Assembly: GCA_951406725.2 (NCBI GenBank)
Contig: OX597814.1
Span: 28,830,001 to 28,894,000 of the forward strand
Length of the DNA: 64,000 nt
Direction: 5' to 3'
From: Octopus vulgaris
Taxonomy: Eukaryota
The position numbers and the translations under genes were made by a program. Below are positions 55,240 through 64,000 of the stretch, piece by piece (position 1 is the first letter of the stretch; each line of letters opens with the position of its first letter). The notes beneath the pieces are model-generated. The model was given only the letters and a program-made list of their open reading frames with translations. It ran no database searches and had not been told where the DNA came from.

Positions 55240-55346
55240 ATTTCTTACTGAAGAATCTGAGGGCCTTTGGAAGATTGGCTTGATTTAATTTAATCAGGTT
55301 AGTTTACCATTAATCAGCAGATGAAACGGTACATCGTATAAGAAAT
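55240..55346 (+). ncRNA. Type I hammerhead ribozyme, copy 5 (predicted cleavage after 55338)
   Basis: Stem I 55240-55247 pairs with 55339-55346; CTGAAGA at 55248-55254; GAAA at 55323-55326; GTA at 55336-55338. Confidence 0.9.
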
Positions 55347-55731
55347 TACAGGGTAAATGTTTTTTAAATTTTCTCCTGGTTTACGGAATTAATTTTTATT
55401 TGCGGTTGAAGCTTTGGCTGTTATTTCTAGTGGGTGAATGGCCTATTATGGCCGTTCCTTGATTGTTGATGTTGAACTTAAAAATGGTCTATGACTATTT
55501 AATTTTTTCCCACTAGGCCACTGGTGGCAAAAAAATTCTACAACATTTTTTTTGCCACCCTATATTGATTAATTATGAATTTTCTGGTTAATTCCGTAAT
55601 GGAATCGACGGCTTATATTTATTTGCTGCCGATAAATTTGGCCCGAGTGCGACGATTTGAAAATTTTAGGTCAGATATAACCTTGGCAAGGTCGGAAATG
55701 CCTCGTGAAAATATCTGTTCCGACTTGGGCT

Positions 55732-55838
55732 ATTTCTTACTGAAGAATCTGAGGGCCTTTGGAAGATTGGCTTGATTTAATTTAATCAGGTTAGTTTACC
55801 ATTAATCAGCAGATGAAACGGTACATCGTATAAGAAAT
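55732..55838 (+). ncRNA. Type I hammerhead ribozyme, copy 6 (predicted cleavage after 55830)
   Basis: Same motif, 492 bp after copy 5. Confidence 0.9.
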
Positions 55839-56265
55839 TACAGGGTAAATGTTTTTTAAATTTTCTCCTGGTTTACGGAATTAATTTTTATTTGCGGTTG
55901 AAGCTTTGGCTGTTATTTCTAGTGGGTGAATGGCCTATTATGGCCGTTCCTTGATTGTTGATGTTGAACTTAAAAATGGTCTATGACTATTTAATTTTTT
56001 CCCACTAGGCCGCTGGTGGCAAAAAAATTCTACAAAATTTTTTTTGCCACCCTATATTGATTAATTATATATAAATATATATATATATAAATATATATGT
56101 GTATAAGCATATATATATATTTATAAATATATACACATATATATATGTATATATATATATGTGTATATAAATATATGTATGTATATAAATATGTATATAT
56201 AAGTATATATATGTTTATATATGTATATATATATATATGTATATATGCATATATATATGCATATG

Positions 56266-56298
<33 letters not shown>

Positions 56299-56650
56299 GT
56301 ATATATATATGTATATGGGCAGCGCCTTGAAGAATTTTTATTCGAGTGAATCGACCCCAGTACGTTTTTTAAAATGATTTTTAAAATGTACTACATAGTA
56401 TATCGGTTCTTTTGCCGAACTGCTAAGTTACGGGGATGTAAACACTACTGGTGAAGGACAAGCACCTATGCACACGCACACACACACATACACACACACA
56501 CAGATATGCGACAGGTTTCTTTTAGTTTCCGTCTACTAAATACACTCACACGGCTTTGGTTGGCTAGAGGTTATAGTAGGAGACACTTTCTCCAAGGTGC
56601 AATGCAGTGGGACTGAATCTGAATCAATGTGGTTAGGAAGCAAGCTTCTT

Positions 56651-57061
56651 TATTCTTTATTGCCCACAAAGGGCTAAACATAGAGAGGACAAACAAGGAC
56701 AGACAATGGGATTAAGTCGACTACATCGACCCCAGTGCGCAACTGGTACTTTATTTATCGACCCCGAAAGGATAAAAGGCAAAGTCGACCTCGGCGGAAT
56801 TTGAACTCAGAACCTAACGGCAGACGAAATACCTATTTCTTTACTACCCACAAGGGGCTAAACACAGAAGGGACAAAAAAAGGACAGACAAACGGATTAA
56901 ATCGATTACATCGACCCCAGTTCGTAACTGGTAGTTATTTAATCGACCCCGAAAGGATGAAAGGCAAAGTCGACCTCGGCGGAATTTGAACTCAGAACGT
57001 AGCGGCAGACGAAATACTGATAAGCATTTCGCCCGGCGTGCTAACGTTTCTGCCAGCTCGC
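56651..57061 (-). mobile_element. Dimeric SINE family A nested in a family C SINE
   Basis: Two units flanked by GCAAGCTTCTT; family C sequence continues on both sides (56320-57092). Confidence 0.8.
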
Positions 57062-57205
57062 AAGCTTCTTACCACATAACCACACCGCGCCTATATATAT
57101 ATATATATATGTGTGTGTGGGTGTGGGTGTATGTGTGTAGCAGAAGAAGAAGAAGAAGAAGAAAAAGATGAAGAAGAAGAATGTATATATGTGTATGTAT
57201 ATATG

Positions 57206-57365
<160 letters not shown>

Positions 57366-57699
57366 GTCGTATTAAGAATTTATAAACTTCCAAGAGAACA
57401 TGAAGTAATTCTTTGTTTTTTAATTGGATTTTGAAGTAGATGCAAAGCTATAAATAACATGCAAATATTGGTTTTAAAAATCCTTCTGAATAGAAAACAG
57501 GTTGAAGGGTTTTCAACCCAATATCTACATGCTAATGTGTGTGTGTATGTGCGCCCGTGTGCATACATACACATACACAAATATACATTCACACACGCAC
57601 ACGCACATGCACACACAAACCATATTTACTGCGCATTTTTCATTGAAGTATACTCTCTCTATATGAAGAAACTTCAAAATTTACTATCAAGTTGACCTA

Positions 57700-58330
57700 C
57701 TGAACATCCACTGCACACATTTGAGAAACCCTTAATTCAGAAAGCGTAGTGCTCATGACCTACGCACGCCTTCCGAATCTTAGTTACCAAGATGAAATTG
57801 TGGATTGGTGCACTGTTCTAGTCAAGGCGCCACAGACTCGAGTGGAAGAGCCTTTTGCGATGAAATTTCTTCCTGAAGTAACTCAAAACTTCCACGAAGT
57901 AGTTTTTGTTGACCGTCTGGCAAGAGGGAACCCTGTGGATGTAGATGATGGCTTTGTAATCGAAAAAGAGGAACATCATGAGCTTTCCGTTGGGCTTGCC
58001 TTGTCTGAACTTCATAGGTCTAAAGGATCCAGAACACTTCGATTAGGTACAGTATCTCTTAGTCTCCGGATTATAACAGTAGAATCAGATTTCCTCACAG
58101 GTCACTAGAGACTCAAATACTCTTGGACTGGAAGTAATGAGCTCAACCAACACCCCGATGTGGCTGTCGTGTCTTTCTTTCTGTTCGCCACTGAGTGCCT
58201 GGAGTAAAAAACTTTGTGCAAATTTTGTGCATGTTCAGCTCTTCAGGAATAATTCAGAGTACAGTTGCCACACCAATTCCAAACTGTATGCTTATTATTT
58301 TTATAGACAATAAATACAAGGACCATCATT
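57700..58330 (-). pseudogene. Mariner transposase fragment
   Basis: GKLMMFLFFDYKAIIYIHRVP..QTVNKNYFVEVL, and a CYNPETK-like motif. Confidence 0.8.
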
Positions 58331-59283
58331 CAGAAAATTGCGAATTTTCTCAACCAGCTCTGATGTTATGTCACATATATGTGTGTGTGTGTGCGCATAT
58401 GTGTGTGTGTGTTTGTGGGAAGATGCGTGTCCTCGCGGTTAGAGTGTTGCTCGCAAGAACGTGGTTTCCATTCCCAGGCTGGCAAAACGTTAATATTTTT
58501 CAGTAAAACACTTTATTTCACGTTGCTCCAGTCCATTCAGATGTAATTGAGTAAACTTGAGTAATCTTGCGACGGACTAGCATTTCGTTCAGAGGCTAGC
58601 CTCATTCGAAAGTTACAATAACGCGTGGAAGAGCATTGTGACCAGCGATGTATAACAATATCGATAGTCTCGTCAATAATAGTCTGCTTGATACAATTAC
58701 ACACACGCACACATATGATAACAATAATAATCTTTGGGTAGAATTTATGAATATTTTAATGCATCGTTACGCGCGTTTCCACAATTCACAAGTTTCTTAA
58801 GATCATAGTCCGTATTCCTGGCATGATTACAGTGCAGTCCATAGTATTCATTGATATCGGGTAGAACATGTTCATGCGTTCATTTCTTCAGGCGAAAGCA
58901 TTCACGGATGTGAAACTGAGGGTTGTTTACCAATTTTGACAAATGAGAAGATTGATTGTGGTATGTGGGCATTTCTATATGTATTTGGTGGGGAGGGGTG
59001 GAAGATGATGGAAAGAAAGGAAGGAATGGTAGGAGGTCTGATTGGAAGGAGGTGTATGTGTGTGGTGATGTTGCTGTTTAAGTATGCAGATGTCAGGTCG
59101 GGTAGTAAGGTTGCTTTATTTGATTTTATTATCAGCAAACTCCTCCTCAATGAAATGTATATATATATCACCGTGATCACCGTGACCGACCAGGCTATCA
59201 GATGTTGCTACACATCGCTGGTCACAATGCGCTTCGCATTGTTTAGCCTTCAAATGACGCCACCCCGCTGGCTAAGCAAGCAG

Positions 59284-59362
<79 letters not shown>

Positions 59363-59551
59363 CTAAATATAATTATAAATATAATTAAGGGTTTAGCAAC
59401 AAGTTGCATCACCACATGCCGAAAATTTAGAAATAGCAGCCAAAGACAGCTAATTCCTTTTAACTACAAATATGACTCCACAGACAGCAATATTTGTAAC
59501 TCACATAGGCAAAAAGAAGAAAAAATAACGAAATCAAACAGTCTACTATTA

Positions 59552-59610
59552 ATTATGTACGCGTTTCGGGATTAGAATTATAAAAATTCATTTCTTTCAT
59601 CGGTATAATA
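59552..59610 (-). ncRNA. Degenerate hammerhead motif in a pLTR-like repeat
   Basis: ATTATA-CCGATGA...CCC-GAA-ACGCGT-A-CATAAT. Confidence 0.45.
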
Positions 59611-59689
59611 TTTCGAGAATTAGAAATTTGAAAATGCTAAATCTACTTTTTGCTTCTCAGACCAAGCGACATTTTCCGATTTTAGTCTG

Positions 59690-60104
59690 CTGTTGGGCCG
59701 ATAGTGAAGTGTCTGAAATTTCAGAGCATTGAACTGCACGTTATTTTTGTTAGCCCATTTGTATATTTCATTCAGATCTTTATGCGGTTTTATGATGTCC
59801 ACGGAGTTCCTAACTGCCTGCGATACTTTTGTGTCATCAGCATAACTGGTCAAATTGGCTCACTGTACCGCGGAGCGCATGTCTAAGAGAACCGCACAGA
59901 TAGTAGTGGCCCCAGTACTGTTCTCTGTGGGACTCCGCTGAGAATTGATGTCTCTTCAGAGAGAGCACCATTGGCTACAACTGTCTGACTCCTGCCCTTC
60001 AGAAAGTCATGCAGCCACTTTCCCAGTTTCCCAGTAATACTAAGGTTTCGCAGCTTGTGACAGATGCCATGATCAACCTTGTCGAAAGCCTTGGCAAAGT
60101 CGAG
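59690..60104 (-). pseudogene. CR1-like RT fragment
   Basis: LDFAKAFDKVDH, SGVPQ.TVLGPLL, YADDTK. Confidence 0.85.
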
Positions 60105-60290
60105 GTATTTCGTCTGCAATTACGTTGTGAGTTCAAATCCCGCCGAGGTCGACTTTGGCTTTCATCCTTTCGGGGTCGATAAATTAAGTACCAGTTACAC
60201 ACTGGGGTCGATGTAATCGACTTAATATCTATGTCTGTCCTTGTTTGTTCCCTCTATGTTTAGCCCCTTGTGGGTAATAAAGAAATAGGT
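60104..60290 (+). mobile_element. SINE family A
   Basis: Matches the family; abuts the CR1-like RT fragment. Confidence 0.8.
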
Positions 60291-60374
60291 ATATCACTCA
60301 CGTCTACGGCTGACTGGTTTAGCTGTTGTTAGTTGTTGTTTCAGTATATATACATACATACATACATACATACA

Positions 60375-60410
<36 letters not shown>

Positions 60411-60459
60411 TACATATACACTCATACATAAATGTGTGTGTGTGCTCATATGTATATAC

Positions 60460-60514
<55 letters not shown>

Positions 60515-60792
60515 CGTGTGTGTGTGTGTGTGTGTGTGTGTATACATACACACAAACAACACACACACATATAGATATATACATGCGCACATATTTCTTG
60601 TCAGAAAATGGAATTCAATTACAAAAATTTATATTTTTCTAAATATCTTTTGATATAAACTTTAAAAAAACAAATTATCTAATAGATATTTACAAGAGAT
60701 AAAATTAATTAATTTATATTACTACATATTATTAGATGTGAATAATTAAATATTATGTAAATTTCTCTTGTATTTGATATGTAAGAGAGTAA

Positions 60793-61534
60793 TCTCTCTA
60801 TATATAAACGGCAGTTTGTCTGTGTGTGTTTCTGTGTGTCTGTTAGGTTGTACCCTCACCCTGACCACGGCTTTCAACCGATTCTGATGAAACTTGACAC
60901 ACACATAGCCCAATGTCATAATTCAAAACTAACGCAGCGAAAATTTTGAAAAGTTCCCCCAGTTCTGCAAAAAATCGATAAATTCGACATGGGGTCGAGA
61001 ATCAGAAACACAAACCACAGACTGTCTAGGGGACGCAACTCGACCTTTTTAAATAAAAAAAAATTTACCATCATTTTTTTTTCCATTTTTTGGCTATAAC
61101 TCTCTAAAAATGCTTTATAGTTATTTCCCTTACAAACCCGAGCAACGCCGGGCGATACTGCTAGTCTCTCTATATATAAACGGCAGTTTGTCTGTGTGTG
61201 TTTCTGTGTGTCTGTTAGGTTGTACCCTCACCCTGACCACGGCTTTCAACCGATTCTGATGAAACTTGACACACACATAGCCCAATGTCATAATTCAAAA
61301 CTAACGCAGCGAAAATTTTGAAAAGTTCCCCCAGTTCTGAAAAAAATCGATAAATTCGACATGGGGTCGAGAATCAGAAACACAAACCACAGACTGTCTA
61401 GGGGACGTAACTCGACCTTTTTAACTAAAAAAATTTACCATCATTTTTTTTTCCATTTTTTGGCTATAACTCTCTAAAAATGCTTTATAGTTATTTCCCT
61501 TACAAACCCGAGCAACGCCGGGCGATACTGCTAG
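60793..61534 (+). mobile_element. Head-to-tail dimer of a non-autonomous Helitron (60793-61164, 61165-61534)
   Basis: Two ~370-bp copies joined precisely at CTAG|TCTCTC. Confidence 0.87.
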
Positions 61535-62172
61535 TATTTTATAAATGTATGTAATAGAATCTGAAAAATAGACACAAATTGTTAATTCACGACCAGGAAA
61601 ATATTCCATGAACTAAATGTATCGTTTGGCTCCGTCCAGAAGGTCTTGTATCGATGTTGTCATACAGGTGGATACAAATCATTTGACAAATCGGGTAGGT
61701 CACGTACCGCAATTGTTTTTAATTAAAAGTATATCTCATCGAATTTTTCTTATATTCTCATTTACATCTAACAGTACTATATGTAGCAAAGTTTGTAACA
61801 AAGTTTGTAGCAAAGTGTAGAATTAAGACAATTTGACTTCGATCTAGTTGTACTCATCCAACAAAAATTAGAAATTTCTCACGAGGAGACACAGGGGATT
61901 ATCAGTAATTTTTTTTAAATTGCACTAAAGAAGACAGGCTTAAATTCAGGTTTATTTATAAAAGATCTATTTAAGCAATGCGCATATAATGCTGCTGATG
62001 TCTGTAATTCATGAAATTCAAGGTCCTTGTATAACACTCGCAAGAGTCGAGTGCTGTGTCTCCAGTGTGATATGTGGACAATTTCTGCAAAATAGTATTT
62101 GAATATCTTTGAATATCTTTGAGCTCTAAAACCTACCTGAGAATTCCCCAGAAATTGCCTACTTATCTAATT

Positions 62173-62559
62173 GTGGAAGCACTCCGTCGGTTACGACGAT
62201 GAGGGTTCCGGTTGATCCGAATCAACGGAACAGCCTGCTCGTGAAATTAACGTGTAAGTGGCTGAGCACTCCACAGACACGTGCACCCTTAACGTAGTTC
62301 TCGGGGATATTCAGCGTGACACAGAGAGTGACAAGGCCGGCCCCTTGAAATACAGGTACAACAGAAACAGGAAGTAAGAGTGAGAGAAAGTTGTGGTGAA
62401 AGAGTACAACAGGGATCACCACCATCCCCTGTCGGAGCCTCGTGGAGCTTTTAGGTGTTTTCGCTCAATAAACACTCACAACGCCCGGTCTGGGAATCGA
62501 AACCGCGATCCTACGACCGCGAGTCCACTGCCTTAACCACTGGGCCATTGCGCCTCCAC
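62173..62559 (-). mobile_element. SINE family B, with TSD
   Basis: TSD ACTTATCTAATT. Confidence 0.9.
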
Positions 62560-63740
62560 ACTTATCTAATTATCCACCATTGCAATATATTTTAAGAAAG
62601 AGGTATGCCTTGTCATTCTGTAAAATGAATGCAAAGCTGAGTTGAAGCTTATATAAAATGCATGTGGCAATATAAAAAAGAAAATTGCAACATATAATGT
62701 TTCATCAGTTTAAGATTTAAAGCAGAAGATTTAATTTTAGACTTAGGAAATAACTTCAGATTATTATAGAAGTTTGATCAAAAGCATGCATGAACACATT
62801 TGTCGATGTCCTGGGGACAAAGAGTCTCATAGTAAATATCAAGTGATACTGCATAACAAGTTTGTTCACTGCACAATATTCTGCTCTTGAATCCCGCTTG
62901 TTTCTATCGTAAATGTTCATCAGCTGCCTTCTTCACAGGACAAGAACATTACGAAACATATTGCCATTGACAGACAGATGGGTTCCAGTTGCTATAGTCA
63001 TTTAGAGCTCCTATCTTAGTCAATGTTACAATTATTCCATTATCCCTGGCCTCAAAGACTTGCTTTTTGTGCCATACTAAGCTCAACAATGTCCCAACTC
63101 TTTTATAGTAACATCAGTTATCTCATGTAGCCCCACATTTTTTAGTTAAGATTTCCTCTTTCGGCTTAAGCTGAAAAGGTCGACTGACTAGAAAAAAGTA
63201 TCATACTCAAGAATTTAGCATAATCTTGAGTGAGAATGCAACAAGAGTAAGAATCAGGTGTAGATCAGCAAATGGCCGGTCATTTCAGCAAGATTCATAA
63301 CCAGACACGCTAAAGCGGAAGAGGCTGCGATATGGAAAGATAAGGAGAATTCTATTATAGTATGTAAAATCTCTGGACAAACTGGTGATGGATGACATCA
63401 GTGGTCAACTGGATAGTAGCAGACGTGGGGTATTCTCTGTTGTAAGAATAATGCTTTAATTCAGTGTGAATAATATGTCCTTCACTCACAGGCGTATCCG
63501 CATGACTATATGAATTTCCTGATGCTGTAATATCAGGAACAAAACCGATTGTATGTGCATTAGTACACAATGTGGTTGTCGTTACTGCAGGATGTTCGCA
63601 TTTATCGCGAGACAACTGGTAATTGCTAAGGTTTTGTTTGAAGCTCAGACTGTGCAGCATTAAAAGCAGGAGGCTCTCAAGCGGGTGGAAACTTTGACCA
63701 GATTCGTTAGGAAGGTAAACAAGCGAGATAAACAAGCTTC

Positions 63741-63781
<41 letters not shown>

Positions 63782-64000
63782 TGAGTAAGGGAGGGAGAGT
63801 GAGATAGATAATTTCTTTATTGGCCACACAGGGCTAAACACAGAGGGGATAATTACAATGTAGAGTTTTTCTTTACGAGGTGGGGGGGGGGGGTCGGAGA
63901 AAAAAGGGGATAGCGATCACAATGGATCGAAATCGTTGGGAATATATGCAAAAAATGTCGAAAGAGTTCAAAAAGTTCCCAAGAAATGGGGAGGTTTATC

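Larger units (their letters stand above)
52591..56068. mobile_element. Tandem array of 492-bp units, each with a type I hammerhead ribozyme (retrozyme-like); two inverted arms, flanked by (TA)n
   Basis: Near-identical units recur at 492-bp spacing. The left arm (52591-54775) has ribozyme sense on minus; the right arm (54773-56068) has it on plus. Confidence 0.88.

Noticed and set aside
52778-55775. Repeated 66-aa ORF (MNFLVNSVMES...) in each 492-bp unit
   Set aside because: Short, no recognisable domain, overlaps the ribozyme core; its conservation only reflects unit identity.
62580-63735. Coding-like minus-strand stretch (126-aa ORF)
   Set aside because: No motif I can recognise; possibly a decayed TE or exon. 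It needs a BLASTX search.

Overview
This is AT-rich eukaryotic DNA, almost entirely repeats, with no confidently identifiable host gene. The SINE families and the dense (TA)n/(CA)n/(TATG)n/(TAA)n microsatellites resemble Octopus genomes; that attribution is my inference. Most ORFs in the track are microsatellite artefacts. Recognisable elements are a 5'-truncated but frame-intact Penelope-like element (RT + GIY-YIG, 19.2-22.0 kb, minus), six non-autonomous Helitrons (two as a head-to-tail dimer), three tRNA-like SINE families, fragments of RTE, R4/Dong-type, HERO/NeSL-like and CR1-like LINEs, and mariner fragments (one carrying a nested MITE). The main finding is a (TA)n-embedded array of 492-bp units at 52591-56068. 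Each complete unit carries a full type I hammerhead ribozyme with an unusually long stem II, so the array looks like a non-LTR retrozyme (circRNA retroelement). It has two oppositely oriented arms joined 11 nt from a predicted self-cleavage site. Several minimal hammerhead motifs occur elsewhere, including a G3:C8 core variant. All folds were paired by eye; no computation or database search was run.
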